A DNA stretch of 63,935 nucleotides, the filler included, from Choristocarpus tenellus KU-1152 (Eukaryota; Protista; Phaeophyceae): assembly GCA_964200185.2 (NCBI GenBank). It is 12 parts of 12 records of this genome, joined end to end, with 100 filler letters (N's around TTAATTAATTAA, not from the genome) between each part and the next. Parts side by side here need not be neighbours in the genome. Positions count along the whole stretch, not along the records: positions 11,749 to 16,160 come from CAXNAD020014681.1; positions 16,261 to 26,201 come from CAXNAD020003262.1; positions 26,302 to 29,321 come from CAXNAD020022887.1; 9 more parts are not named here. One strand, 5' to 3'. Shown here in pieces: positions 13,037-27,898 of the stretch. Under the pieces are notes generated by a model. That model was not told the DNA's origin. It was given only the letters and a program-made list of their open reading frames with translations, and searched no databases. How positions within the stretch are numbered: position 1 is the first letter of the stretch; each line of letters starts with the position of its first letter. Position numbers and translations under genes: made by a program.

Positions 13037-13534
13037 AAACTTATGGCACAGAGGTGGTAGATCAGTTGGGTGAAGTCACCCAGAGTGACCGAGATTTTTT
13101 ACTTCGTCAGTTTAAGTCTTCCCAAGCAGTAGACCCTATAGTTATCCCTGAGGCTCAAAAAGAATCAATGCACGTTGTACTTTGAGTATTGAACTTTACC
13201 TGATATGGGCATGTTGCCTTTCATTGGAGAAACAAAACATATCATGTCTTTTGCTCAAGAACGTGATAAAAAAAATGTTATACAAGTCGTATCAGCCTGG
13301 GCATTTACCACGTATGAACGAATCCTTTCGTGATCAACTTCTTGTGGCCAAAGAACTCCATAAATATGAGCAAGGACAATTGTCCTGAGCTGTTACCGTT
13401 CCTTCAACCCTTTATGTTGCTGTTTGGGTGCCGTCCTCTCGCGCATATAGATATGATAATAGGAGTATACCTGTATACCTGTATGTAATGGAGATTTTAC
13501 TTTCCAATGCAGTACACCACCTACAATATGCGTA

Positions 13535-13790
13535 CGAGCTGACCCATCCAAATCTCCATGAACATCCTTGACAGCAAGCGTCAGCTCCTGATGCTAACCT
13601 TTCTTGTCGGAAGTGAACCAGGAACGTTTGTATAGCTGGTCAAACCTCATACCTCGTGCGTATAAGCTGGCCCATCCAAATCTCTATGAGCATGCGTGAC
13701 AGCAATTGCCAGCTAATGATGCTGACCTTTCTTGTTTGAAGTGTGAACCAGGAACAGTTATATGACTACACAACCTCATACCTCGTCAAA
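13535..13790. repeat. Diverged tandem duplication, 128-bp period
   Basis: CCCATCCAAATCTC...TGACAGCAA...CCTTTCTTGT...GAACCAGGAAC...AACCTCATACCTCGT occurs at 13543 and again at 13671. Confidence 0.85.
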
Positions 13791-15349
13791 CGGTCCTGGC
13801 CCCAAACTCCTCAGTCCTCGGAGAGGCGATTCCCTATTCGAACAACACTCAGTGATAATTCTTCTCCTCCCATACGGTTGTGTTGGTTCGTTGGGGATAC
13901 TTTTCCCATACAGGTTAAGGTTAGGGTTAGGCTTGAGAATGGACATGTAAAAGTAAAAAGAATGCTGTGATGGTTTGTCATGAATTGGTGGTTCATTGTC
14001 GTCAATGACATCAGAACAGAAATCTCCGTGTGAAAGAAAAATCCTTTTTTCAATATTGGAGTTTTCTGGAGATCGGGGGGATAACCAACTTAACTTGATC
14101 ATGTAGACCACAAACGTAAGCTGAAAGGAGGCTGGGTCCATCAGATATCTCAACACTCACGGGGTCAGCTTCTTCAACATATACTGGCGGCGCTTACCTT
14201 TGCTTACAAATTCAGATATCAAGAAGCCCTACATCCGATTCTTCAATGGGATCGTTCTTGGCGTTCCAGATCTATCTCGTGTGCGTCCTTCTTGAGTCTG
14301 GGGCAGCTCAAGCCCACGTCAATGATGAAACACAGGAAGTATCAACAGGCGATGGAAAAGTCGGACACGAACGTGGAAATATTCGTGGAAGTCAAGGGAG
14401 GCGCCACCTTAGCTCGGTCTGGGTCGATATGATGCACAAGATGGACGCGCCTCTCTTCGACTTCAACATCTTGGTTACAGGCACGGTTTTGCTGAGGGCG
14501 TTGCTGACGGGCATGAAGTCGGGCATCACACTCCCAAGTCCTCTTTGTGCATTGATTGAGCACTGGGCATGTCCAAGAGACTCCAATCCTCCGTAGCTTC
14601 AAGTGCCACAAATTCCCATCTTCTGCGAACCAGAAGGTGTACAATTTTATAGTAACAAGATTTTTCGTCCCTGCTGGGGTGTCCCTATTTGGGCACCTGA
14701 TTATTAATCAAATATTTCTCCCCAACTTGTGTTGCCCGATCCGACAGGCTATCTGCCGTTTTTAAACTTTACGGTGAACCCTGCGTTTGAGGCGATGGAG
14801 GTCCTCAACGGAACTTGTGACACCGTCTATTTACAACATCCTCGCACCTTCCGCCTGTGCTACGAAGGCATGCCCCTGCCTGTTAGCCTCGAGGGCAGCA
14901 CTAGAGTGGCCGGGATCTTGGAGAATGACCCCTACAAGTGGGACGGCATCATTCATTTGGCAAGTTGCTTGTACCAGGAGCTGGTTTCTTACTATCCCAC
15001 ACTCTATTGATCATCCATTTATGTGGAGATGATTTCTACCTATTGCCCTTTTGTGCCCAAAATCTGCAGCTGACGCAGTGCATACTTGCAGATGTATTGA
15101 ACATCATACCATGCCGAATACAGAGTGGCGGAAGGTAGAAGTCTCTCTGCTGATCATGTGCACAATTGATTATATGTGCTCTTCAAACTGAACTCTCCAC
15201 ACGTTAGATGCTTGGAGTAAGTAGAGTAGATGCATTATTCATAGCTGTGATGTGACTCACTTTTGTCCCACTTAGGAATCATTGGAGCATGCAACGACTT
15301 TCCCTTTCAAAATCTAACTTCCCGTTTTCCTCCCCTTTGTCATTCCAAA

Positions 15350-15570
15350 CTCTACATGCATATAGGTCTTGCAAAGATGCCCCTATTGAACACAAATCCT
15401 CAGCATCAACTAGCTATCCCTTCCCGCCACCTGTCCCCATCTAGAGCAATCCTACTCCAAAGTACAGTAGAGTAATCAATGTATCCTGGATGAATCCCCT
15501 TGATGTTGTGGCTTCCTATCTTCCCTTCTCGCTTACTCTCAGGGATTTGAATCGTCTGCAAAAGGCCTAC
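15350..15570 (-). mobile_element. Possible RTE-like LINE 3' remnant
   Basis: WSRIALDGDRWREGI resembles the WxxxAxDRxxWR motif at the C-terminus of RTE-clade ORFs. Confidence 0.35.
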
Positions 15571-16361
15571 GTTTAGAAACGATAGCAGCAAATGTGCTGG
15601 CAGCAGAGGAAAACGGCCACATAAGGAATGCTGATGTACCCTGCAATAAGAAAGGAACGCCATACAAGGATATATATGAGGTGGAAAAAAGTCGACACAT
15701 ATGAGTATTATGATATTAACTGTGTATAATGAATTTGCTTTGAATGTTGGTGTATACTCAAAGTGGAGTAGAAATAGTAAAATAATTTGTGCAGATAGGT
15801 GGAACCTCTGTTCAGATCGTAGTTGCAGAGGGGAGGTGGAGGGAGGGTCCTCCACACGTACCTGTGCAAGGTTGACGGCATTTAGGATATGTGAGGATGG
15901 TGTTTTTTGTTTGCAGGATGGGTTGGAGGAAGGATTATATCTCCTTGAAATGTGATTGCTTTGATGATATATGCTTGACTCAGGATGTCACGTGTGTGGA
16001 ACTAAACTGTGGTGCCCTGTCCCCAGAAAGGTATACGCAAGGTTCTATTTTAGGGAGAGGCATAGAGGCTGCTTGGATAGAGGATTTCCATACTATTTGG
16101 TACACCTTACTGTGAAACATTCACCTTTTTGTTAACCAAATGACTCAAAGTACCTGGGGGNNNNNNNNNNNNNNNNNNNNNNNNNNNNNNNNNNNNNNNN
16201 NNNNTTAATTAATTAANNNNNNNNNNNNNNNNNNNNNNNNNNNNNNNNNNNNNNNNNNNNACTATCTCATTAGTTACATCACATGGACTCAATTCAACAC
16301 AATGATCTCATATATACACAAAAACGGTACACCTCACTATTGTCCTATTTTGCACAAGCGT

Positions 16362-17214
16362 TGACAACAGTAATGATTCACCTGTTGTGCAAATGCATGT
16401 GCATAGAGCCGATGCTAACATAACAAAATTCATCGTCCGCAGTTTGTGCTTTGCGAGACAGACACTCATGGCATACACGTGATTTACTCACCCACACTCC
16501 ATGCACTCCTCCATGACAGTTCTCAACCACTCTAAGGGGTATCAGGAACAAACGAGCTCGGACTGACCTGGACGAAGACAAACCCAGGGGGACACGGGGG
16601 AAGGGCAAGAAAAACATACCAAAAGAAGGGCGATGCTAACTCTAAGTCTGTCACTCAGGTCGAGGGGGAATGGGCATTGCAAGCAGCAAGACGAAAAGTT
16701 ACTTACTCGAGGAGGATGCACCTCAAGGATGTCCTCATCAAAGGGGCTGTCCTGTGTAGGTCGCTGTGCAGGTCATGAACGACCTCAAGAGGAAAGACGA
16801 GCTCGGGGTCGACCCCAACACCGAAGACTCCTCCACTGGGCCTTCAGAAAACCTTGCTCCAAAGAAACAATTCGTCCTGTCGGAAAGTTATCCGAGGGAG
16901 TGTCAGGTTTCTCCTCTCGTCTGTCGTTTGTATTAGCATTCGTAAGAAGTCATTTCACAACAACTTCTCTGACCCCAAACATTTACATAGAACCCAATAA
17001 GTTTGGAAGGTGAAAAGGGACCTCGTGTTGCGGGATGTGGACAAGGGTGATCTGTTCCTCGACATCGTCAAATACTCTGAGGGCGTTACCCTGAAAGCCA
17101 GTGGCGAACACGAAGGAAAGCAACTACAACATGTTACAACATCACCATATGTGTGCATCTCACATCCTTCCCTGACCCAAACACACGGTCTCTCGTCTCT
17201 CACACGTTTTACCA
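16362..17214. mobile_element. Candidate solo LTR (853 bp)
   Basis: Begins TGACAA and ends TTACCA. Flanked by AGCGT / AGCTT (5-bp TSD with one mismatch). Shares motifs with 7700-7910. Confidence 0.5.
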
Positions 17215-17467
17215 AGCTTGGACAATTTCACACGCACAAATTGCATAGGGTTATTGTGTCTCGCATATTCCGAAGATGCTCATCGAATAGATGTATTCCT
17301 CCTTTCGATGTTTTGTGTCCATTGCCACAACACAGCACACATCGCCAAATTATGTCATGATTAATTTCATATCGTCCTGCCCATTTTCTTTACCCATGTG
17401 ACATGCATTCTTGTCTTCCTAAGCTATGGGCTCCAAAAAACCACCCAAATCTCTCAAACCACTCTGA

Positions 17468-17556
17468 CTCCTTTGCTTCCTCTGTTGCCTCACCCTTTGC
17501 GTCCTCATTTACCTCGTCCTTTGCCTCCTACTTCGCCTCGTCCTTTGCCTCCTCGT
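17468..17556. repeat. Degenerate 12-bp tandem (EEAK-like on the minus strand)
   Basis: GCCTCGTCCTTT-like units. Confidence 0.7.
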
Positions 17557-20500
17557 CTATTGTAACAGAGGTCAGCTGGGTAACATGCCTTATCATTACG
17601 CCGGACAATAACACCAAGTCCGAACACGACCTCCATGACTTCAAGGAAGAAACGTGGGTGGCCGACAAAAACGCGGTCGCAAATCTGCAGACCCAACCAG
17701 GAGGCATCGTTTTATTACGTGCACTGTCCTTGACGACAGTCACGAGCTGGATCGTATCCAACTCCCGATGGACAACCTCTCCACGTTCTGCAATTTTACA
17801 CTCTTAAAGACACTGGTAGAGGGCGGCGTCTCTACACCTGAAGATGGTGGACTCGACCCTGATGGTGATGGTGAGGAACCAAAGATGCCATCGCCTAAGC
17901 CGACAGAAGGCGGGAGGGGTGGGACATATGCAAAAGAGAACTACTCAAGTAGAGTGTTTTGCTTTGTGTGGTATGGATATGTTTATTAGCGGAGTGAGCA
18001 CAGCCCTCTGTGGTTGGGGGTGCTCTCTCTTATTATCTTATTGTTTATTACATATATCAGCTGACTCATCAGCTGACACATCAAAACTTGTCCTGCCGTT
18101 ACATCGTACTATGTCACTTATTCTGTGTAGCTAGTACTATGTGGGTAGCAGCGGGGATGAGTCCATCGATCTTGACTCAAAACAGCTATAAGCGAGAGGA
18201 ATGACGAGATTGGGGAACGAGGTTGGAGCCCATCCATGCCGAGTCAACGGAACCTACAGTTGCAAGGAAATCATCTAACCCTTCTCCCAGAAACAAGCCT
18301 TCCACGAAGAAAGCAAAACTTGGCAAGACTATGACTTCGGTCAATAGGAAGAAGTCAGCAACAGCTGTTGGACGGGTCACACCCGTCCAAAAGCCTCGTG
18401 CAAATGATGGGCGTGAAAGACAAGAAGGCTTCTTCACGAACATCTTCACTTCTGCCAGTACGAGCAGAGAGGTGGAAACACAGCATCGACAAAAGACTCA
18501 TCAGAGAGACACACTGATCACAGAAGGTTCAGGTGACGCTGTCCAGGATGAAGATCGGGACTGTTCCGCATGTGTTGATGATCCCTGCGCCAGACAGCAA
18601 TCAGTGAGCTCCGGTGGTCCGACCATTGTGGAAATAACAGAAGCTTTCATGGAGGTGTGCGTGACGGAAGTCCTCCGATCGACCAAAAAACCTGCATCTT
18701 CGCAGTACCGTGTCCAGACACAGATCCCAATCCAGGTCATATACGACCATGGGTTCAGACAAGGTCAAGGCCGGCAGAGCTGCTAAAAACCATGTCCAAG
18801 GGGATCACTGTTACTACACGAGGAATCCTCAAAAACCTGAGTGGTGGAGGGAAACCCAAGGAGAACGTTGCGTGTGAAACGTGTCAAAGCCCTCCGTACA
18901 AGGAGAGTCATATTCCAGAGCCTGGTGAAGCCAAAACCGTGGAACGAGAGGTATTCCACGCGACTGAACCTGTGGCACCGACTAACTGAGAGGCTTACCC
19001 CAAACTTGTAGAGTGGTAGGAGAAGGGTGAGGAGTGCCAATTCCAATACGCCCATCACTTGAAATTACAGCCTTGTTCGTTTCAGATATTTTTCTTAAAG
19101 TACAGGTCGCGTTACTTGTGAATGATTCGGACCGAACTGTACCTTAGAAGGTGTCCGACTACCATGTTCGTGCAGTTTCGATCCGATAGGTTATTATATG
19201 CATTTCCACAGTGGTACCGGATACATGCGGACCAGTCAAAGGTGTCAGTGCATCATATATGATACTCATCTTGAGGGTTAGGCTTATGTTATTGTTATTT
19301 TTTAACAAAGTGTATCCAATCCAAGTTTTTGACTGCCAAAATATATGACATTTTATTACCGACTCTTTTCGTTCTTTTCGGTTAAGTTTCCAAACACTTC
19401 CCCAAGGCCTGCATTTGGCACATTATATTCTTCCCGGGTGCTAGTTATTCTCCTAACCCTACCTAGCTCCCCTCTTCTTCTCATTCTCTTCCATTCACCA
19501 TATCAAAGCACCATCCATCATCCTTTCCTGCCTATATCCCTCTGGTGAACCGTGGCTTCCTCATACCCATAAACGCTTACCAAAGTATGGCTTCGGTTCA
19601 ATATTCGGGTTCACCTTCCTACCTTCAAATGACCTGAACCTAATCCTAACGCGTACATACTCGAAGCTTGCAAACCTCACACTTCAAGACAATGTCAACA
19701 TTTCTTCACTTCAACACCACTCTCTGCCATAAATGTAGAGAGGGATCGATCATAACCCTAACTGCAATGCATGGCGTAGGATCCAACCATCATCGCACAT
19801 TTCCTTCTTTCTGGTACCTAATAATCTCGACACGAATTCTAGCCCTGCATCCAACCCCAACTTTTCCTAGAATGTCCGAACCGTTGTTCTATCGTTTTTC
19901 TAACCCTGCCAATTCCTTACAATACATACAATACTAAACGCACAGTAATCACACTATATCTCATGCTTAGCCCAAGTGCCGACGAACGAGGGTCAAAACT
20001 TGTTCTTGCTTTAAATCTTCAAAGAATATTCCCCGAAGTCCATGTCCGATACACCTAACCACAATTACTAACCCTGAGCCTACCGCAAACACGCCCCATA
20101 AACTCGACGAATGGCCTGGATCGCCCCTCTCGCACAATAACACTAACCATAAACCTTACCCTGACTCTTGCACTGAGTCCATCTGCATGCCTTGCAAACC
20201 TAAAATCGCAATTGCGTCCTACCCAAATTCCATGTTAGTGTCATAGTCGACCTTCCTCTCACGCTATAACCTAACCCTAAGTCATCAGGATTAAATCAAC
20301 CCACTAAACCAACTCCCGAACAAAGGATGGTATATTTTTATATTCTTCATGCGAAATATATGACAACAGACCCTGACCAACAGCCTTGTATGAACACATT
20401 GAAAATCCGTCACATGCAATCAAAGAAACACTACAATGCTCACCCAACACTCACCCTCAGGTTACACCAAAACGCCAGAGTCCAAAAAAGGCTCAGAGTG

Positions 20501-21452
20501 AGTCTGCTTTGAGATATTTCCACTACGTTGGTGATAAATTCTAAACAAATCTGGTCTGAAACAACGTCAAAAATCCAGATGGGTATCAGGCAAAGCGGTC
20601 ATGCCAGAATCTAACTGGACCATAATGTTGTGGTTCACCGGTCAGTTTGAGAAAACAAGATACAACCAAAATGATATCTCCGGCATACAAGGTACATGCA
20701 AGAAATCAGGTTTGCACTTCCTCTACACTTCAGGAATAATTCTGCATATTACTACAACAAGTGAAACCTATCTATCACTTTATGGAATTTACACAAACCC
20801 CTCCCCTGTGCCTGCACATTGTTTTTAGAAAAATAAGAGATGACAGTTCAGCACTCGGTACTTACGCTATTATGATCATATCATAGAACACAAAGCATGG
20901 CTAAAAGACACACCCAGCAGGATTGACACCCCTGTCGAGGTTTGCACTGATAAATCCAGTCAACATCCCCTTCCTCACATCCTCACATTGTTCTCTTCTA
21001 TGGGACTGATTCTAGAGACGTAACATTGCCAATTTTGTAGTCTACATCTGTTTCTTGCAGGATCTTGTCTGGTAGTATATATTCTCAACATTAGCGAATC
21101 ACGCAACAAATCTGTCAGGGTCTGTTAATCCATGTGGGAAAATACTTGTTAAGGAAACTACCAGTTGTAAGATAATTAGAGTGTGGTTGGAGAACCGTTT
21201 GGATATCTGGATAGTTGATGTGAATCTTTCTGTAGAGTGAGCAAGAAAACCATATCCAGGTTATTGCAGTATCATAAGAAGAATACTGGAAAAGGAATGT
21301 TGCAGTCAGTAACACAGATTGAGCGATGGGTTATTAGTGATCAGGGATGAGTGAAAGGTTTATCACTTCCCCTTCTTGAATGGTGTATCTCACTCCAACT
21401 TTCTACCTCCTATCACAACACTGAGAAGGAAGTAGTCTACATATTTCTATTA

Positions 21453-21702
21453 GAGTGGAAGTATCTTAGCAGGTACTAGTTTTTCCCTTTTTGTCCATTT
21501 GAGGCTTGGCTTCCCACAGGTATTTAATGACATCTTATCTACTCCAAAAATAGGTAAAATGTATACGTTCTGAAAAGGAGTGTCCGGAACACGGATGTTG
21601 ACATCCCCTAACAGACATGATAACCAAAATTACATCAAATTTGCAACATTGGATTTTGGCCCCCAAATGGACGCGGCTCTACCCTCCAACATACTTTGAC
21701 TC
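21453..21702. mobile_element. MITE family A, full length
   Basis: GAGTGGAAGTATCTTAG...CCAACATACTTTGACTC, with an internal sequence like the other family A copies. Confidence 0.9.
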
Positions 21703-23957
21703 TATATCAAGGTTTGGGATTCTACTCGTTCTTTAAGAGGGTCGCCCTCTCCCTGCCATCTGGAGATACCAGAGCTCCCTTTCCCACCCGTAAGAACAAA
21801 TCTTTCACAGATCACGGCAACTGCCAGTATGCTTGCCTTACAGGGAGGTAGATCTCATCTTTCCCTCTCAGCTTACAATATCCGTAGGCCATGCGACGTA
21901 TACTCATTTCCATATTTTCTGCTTCCAACTGGGTGGGGTGAAGATACAACAGCCACATGAATTCAAACAACGAAGGAAACAATGCATCACATTAGGTAGT
22001 TGTTGAGCAAGCGTTACAAGAAAGGCATGTGCTTCAATCTAGTCTTGCTGAGAACAACGATAACCCTCATTTGCATCTTGTCTTAAAATCCTGTGTATTT
22101 GAGTGGGGGTCCGGAATCTGGAAACACTGTAGAACCTATCATAAAAAAAAATGTTCTGTACTATTGTTGCCATATCTTTCATATTTGTCGCCATGTGTTG
22201 TCATGCTTTCACATCTCTACTTCTTAAACCACAGTGGGCAACTAGGCCAGGGGATCTATTTTAGGGGAAAGATTTCATATATATTAGATCACTTCGGGTC
22301 TTCCTTACATTTCAAATATCTTCTTTTTAGTCCAAACATTGATTACGACATTACGCATTCCAGACCCCTTCCAACACGCAATGCATACAAGCAAACCTTA
22401 CAGCTGAAAAAAGTAAGCAAGTATTTAATATATGCACAGAGTATCACTTGGCCCCTTCATCTCGGCTTTGAAATCAGCATGCACACGCATCAATCCAAAC
22501 ATGTGTGTATATTTGGTCATTTCTTAATTGACTCACAATGACGATGAAAACTAAACACTATAGTACTCTTCAAACAGGAATGTGATATATATGCAGGTAC
22601 TGCCACACACAGCAATTTTTGGTATCTTGAGCTAGTCCTGCATACCTATATGCAGCACGGCAACATCGTTTGGGGGTCCTGAACAACAAAATGTTTTCCA
22701 AACAGAACAATTCTTCCATGCCTACTTTTTCAGCCTGGCACTCTTAATTGAAGTCCTGCAAAATGGTGCATGTAGAGTATAACAATCAAAGTATGCAGAA
22801 TTTATACCCCCACTTCGCCTGTAATAATATATATATACTGTGTGCAAGATTTTGAAGTGATTCTGGGGTTGTCATACGAGCAGAAGATAACTAGCATTAT
22901 GACGCTACACAAGCAGTTACAAGGTACGAGTTGGGAAAACGGCCACAGTGATGATAAATTTAACATTTCCTTGCAACTCCTTTAAAACAATTGCAATATT
23001 TGTTGCTCACTCATTCCCGTGCTGGCAAGGCTTGAGATAGTGGTCCGACAGTGTACGTAGCTCTACTTCTGATTCATATATTTTAGGGACCTGAGAATAG
23101 ATTATCCGTTCATGTATCATATTGGTACTTGTAATCCAGTGATAGTACTATTTCCTGGTTATCCATGTGGACGTTGCAAATCCCACACAGCAGTCTACAC
23201 CAGTCTCACCCCATGAGTTCAGTCTATAGAATTGAGACCATAAGCCCCTCGAAACATTAACATTACATATTCACACCAACAAGCATTGTCCTCTACCAAG
23301 GCACACGATTGATCATCTCGACCACAGGTCCAGTGTGGTATACTTAAACAACATCACACAATCGTGACATTCCAAGTGACATTACTAGGTGATGTGGCTA
23401 CAAATGACCACCGTACAGTAGGATTACATCATGTCCTAATTTCAAACTTTGACTGGGATAGAGCCTGGCAAGATTGCATGCAGCTAGAACACCAAGGGCA
23501 GAATTATGAAAGAAAGTCTACACCTATAACATCAAACACTGTCTGCGCCCTCTTCTCTTCGTCAATATATCCTCACAAGCACAACGCTACGATTTATGCC
23601 CCAGTCCCACTCCACATCCCTGTACCACAACCATATCAAGACAAAACGAACATCTCTTGGCTCACCTTTATTCCATCAGCCATGTCAAGACCTCTTAAAA
23701 GCTCCAAGTAAGTCATGTTCTGCTGAACGGGCTGGACCTCCTCTTCGCAGTTTCAAAAGTAGCAACAAGGGTCAAAAGGTTGAATTAAATTATTGTTGGG
23801 AGGGAAAACACAAAATAGAGTAAACAACCTACCAATTCCTTAATATGACTGAAATGTCATCACACTTGGATTCAGAGTATCACATATGGATATGACACCA
23901 AAAAAATGTTTTTAAAACTACTTTCACCATCGTCATGCTTACCACATGTTCATTCAC

Positions 23958-24295
23958 CTGGAAAGATTGTATCATAGTGGCGACCGGTTGCATTCTCCCA
24001 TCGTTCAGTTCCCCTCAAATGGCAGTTATCTGCTGCAACGAGAAGAGGGTCAAGTGTGCACCAAAGGTTTGCGCTAGAACACAAGAATAGTGGACGAGGG
24101 TGGAGACTTGAAGTGTATCGCAGCAATGGGAACTAGTATACATAGACCGTATATCATCAACCATAAAAGCTAAACATGGTGGCGTCCTGTGACACTGAAA
24201 TCTTTACATGAGAAACAATTGAGGACAATTTTGCAAGTCAATGGACTCACGTTGGTCAACACTTCTGCTTTGGACGCCGCCCGCGTATCTTCCAT
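23958..24295 (-). CDS. Two candidate exons (24295-24251, 24029-23958) of an unidentified gene
   Basis: Strong CAG acceptors and GTGAGT/GTGAAT donors. The phase-compatible join reads xGRYAGGVQSRSVDQHNCHLRGTERWENATGRHYDTIFP. No family recognised. Confidence 0.4.
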
Positions 24296-27200
24296 CTGTT
24301 AGAGGGCGTACCAACCTTATAATCCCATCTAAGCAGCCACATTTACTATTCTTACTAAGCTACTCTATTATTCCAAGACTCTGTTAGTAGCAAGATAACT
24401 CAAAGATGAGTTGAGCTCTTCCTCACCGTAGTTCACATTCTTTGCTTCACAAAATGTTTCAATACACCTCTTACTCTTTTATGCAGAGAGCTCGGATGGC
24501 TCTTCTACTATGTAGAAGATTTATCAATTACATGACAAGTCAGATTTTAATGTGCAAAATACAACGGAAATACGGCAGTGGGCAAATGGGAACGGGAATA
24601 AGGTACTCGCGACCGTCTGTCCTAACAAAACAATGGTGTTTCGATATATTGGATATCAGCATGAAATGTAGAGTGCTGGACATATGCAAAAGCTACATGT
24701 GCGGGGTGAAGCTGGTATTGTGGATCCAACACGAGAAGATCATTGCTAGCTAAACTTTACCTCAACTCCAGAAGATGTTGGAAAATACTTTCTCGGGTGT
24801 GCACACAAAAAATACTCACCAGTAAAAGTGTCATTTTGCAGAGCAAAAGCTATTAGGCGAAGTGAAACATATGTCTTCGTTATGTACCTGAGAGAATCAA
24901 ATCGAAAGGATTCCTGATGAAGTGTTCGTTCTTGACTCTACCCCGCTCAGTATCGTTCATGGGAGTGCACAGCTCTTCAGGAGCAAAATGGGAGCAAAAT
25001 GCAAAACCAACAGCATCATGCCCTTCGTCCTCCTTTTCCCTGGAAACACAAATAATACAGGAAGGCGAAGGCAACAAAAGGAGGACATTCAGTTACATAT
25101 GAAGGAACTGGAAAGGGAGTTGCATAGTGTATTGAGCAAGTGATCTAACCAGTACAAAGCAAGAGATTCTGCCTGTTGAAATATCCTGCTTTTGAAAGAC
25201 GGCATGGAACTATTGATGGTACACCTCACTCAAAGGAATAAATACAGGAAGGACGCACCCCCCAATGAAATGCAACATCCATATATAGAGTACACACCTG
25301 AAAGAGGTTATAGCGGACCGACATTGCCAATTCTCCGGTCCACGCTGGGACTCACCAGCTTTGATTGCAACATCGTTGCAATATTGTTTTATGGCTTTGA
25401 GAAGACTGCGTCCAAAAAATGGCCTAGATTTATGCACGGATCCAAACTGTGAATGATACAGGGCCAGGAGTAAAGTGAACAACACGGCATATAACTGTAA
25501 CACACCCACAACATAGCGTAATACCTTTGAAGGAGGGTATGTTACGAGTGTCAGTTCCCTGTCCCCCCTTAAATCTAGCGCCACAGAGCAAGGTGTCTGC
25601 ATTTTTTCTACTCTGATAAAGCATTTCCTTGAGTTACCTATTCTTGTTGTTCTCTCAATGCCCACTTCCAGAAATATTCGGATAAACCAGAAGATACAAT
25701 GTTAATGATGTTTGTGAGGGATCACAGATTCAACGGCGACCTATGGCTGCAACCTTTCTTGAACTCTTCCTTGTGCTTGGGGCGACATCTGTCTGTAAGT
25801 GAAATGTTCTCTGCAATTGTATCTAAGCTGTTACACGATTGGCATCAGAAAAAAACAGTGGTTTATGAGAACTGAATTAAAGTTGTATTTCAAGGATGCT
25901 AACAAATATGCACAACAAAAAAATGACTTTTTTTCCAAATTAAGATATTTTCTGAATTATGTTGAGAAAAGTTTCAGGCGATAAATAAATCAACTCTCTC
26001 AAATCAAACGTAACATTTCATCCATAGAAATATTTACAAAACGACCAAAATCTGGATACCTTCGTTTATTTTGGCTCACTGACTGTGTCACATGAGTTAC
26101 AGAGGTAGACTGTTAGACCATGGGCAAGGGCATCGGGACTTGCAGGGGTGTGTTACCACTTGTTTTCATGTGTGTATACCCACCAGGATATTATTGCAAA
26201 GNNNNNNNNNNNNNNNNNNNNNNNNNNNNNNNNNNNNNNNNNNNNTTAATTAATTAANNNNNNNNNNNNNNNNNNNNNNNNNNNNNNNNNNNNNNNNNNN
26301 NTGGTAGGGGTGTGGGTGGGGGGGGGTGTGGGGGTGGTGGGGGGGGGGGGGTCTTGTCGGCGTCCGTTTTTCACTTTTTTTGGTGTGATTTGGTCGCACC
26401 TGTCGGATTTGAAATGCCAGCAAAAAAAGAGTTGTTCGACCGAAACGGACGCCCCCTCACAAACCACCCCCCTCCCCCCGACACTTTGACCCTGTTCTTA
26501 TTGAAGTATCTTAAACACTTGTAATAGATCATTATTATGCAATACCTTTCAAAATTCAACTTCCACCCACACCACCGGATGTCCCATCCCCTCAGTTTTC
26601 GCCTCATCATTATATATTTACCCAGAATTACAAATTTATGGTCATACACTTTCTTAATCATAGTAGTTCATTTTGCAATACTAACATTTGGTGATCTTTG
26701 ACTTACCATAAAACATAGGTTGTTAAGAGAAGATGAAATAGCAAACAAATGATGTGCGATAGTACAATGTATATGCAATAGTGTTAATAGTAGATAATGA
26801 ATATATTACAAAGAAATACACAACAATGCAAGTATTTCAAATGGATAGCAAAAATGACCACTAGTAATAGAAGCATGGAATATGGACTGTGAGAGCAAAC
26901 TGACTTTGAGATAGTATGGTGACCGCATCATCGCTCACCTCTGTACAATCCCTCACCTCACAACAGCAACACATTACCCCATACAGACATTGGTAGCACA
27001 ATATTGCCCACAACTTCCTAAGCGACAACTACATGCTCCTAGAGCTACACACACAGACACACAGACACACAGCCTGTTTTCAGCCACAACTTGGTGACAA
27101 AGCATAATTGTATAATTGTCAAAAAATTGAAGTGGAATATTGGCCCTTGTCCAATACTTTCCAACACAACTACCACTCTCACTTTACTTTTTAGAGCATG

Positions 27201-27898
27201 TACATGATTCACAACAACCTCACGCACACTTTTGCAAACATGCTATTTTGGGAAGGATATCGCACTTCTACTCTGGTCAACCTGCTTACTAGCCGAGGGG
27301 ATGACAAGATATGGTACAAAACCATAACAGGAATACACCCCTTTACACAAGAAAGGGACTCCAAAGGTGAAAATAACATAGTAGCAGCAGTACAGCTTAT
27401 GGGGTCAAGTTAAAGGCCTACACAGTCTAGCTCAAGAATCAATACATACATCATGAATCCACAGCATCGTACTTGTTCCACTACCATGTACCCATCTAGG
27501 GCGAAGTGCACCCATCTAGTGCCCCCCCCCCCCCCACCCCCCCTCCTCCCCAAAAACACAAAATTCCGCTTAACCAAACTTCAAATATACTACCCTCCCC
27601 ACCCCTGGATCCATATATTGCGATTTGGCAAGTTATCAAGTGCAAATCTCCGCCATCTCCCCCTCCCTTTCCCACCGCCAACACAGCACGATACACAAAC
27701 ACAATCATGTACAATAACTCAACAGATCCTCAAAGACACACAACTTTGTATGTGGTAGGTCTTTGTAGCTCATTGCACATCCCTCACAACAACCAACAAG
27801 CCACTCTATGTAACTAAACATTTGACATGACTGATGCTATGACAGGCACCATAGAAAGACGAATCTATATGCCATCTCAGTAGGGGTGACAAGTGTAA

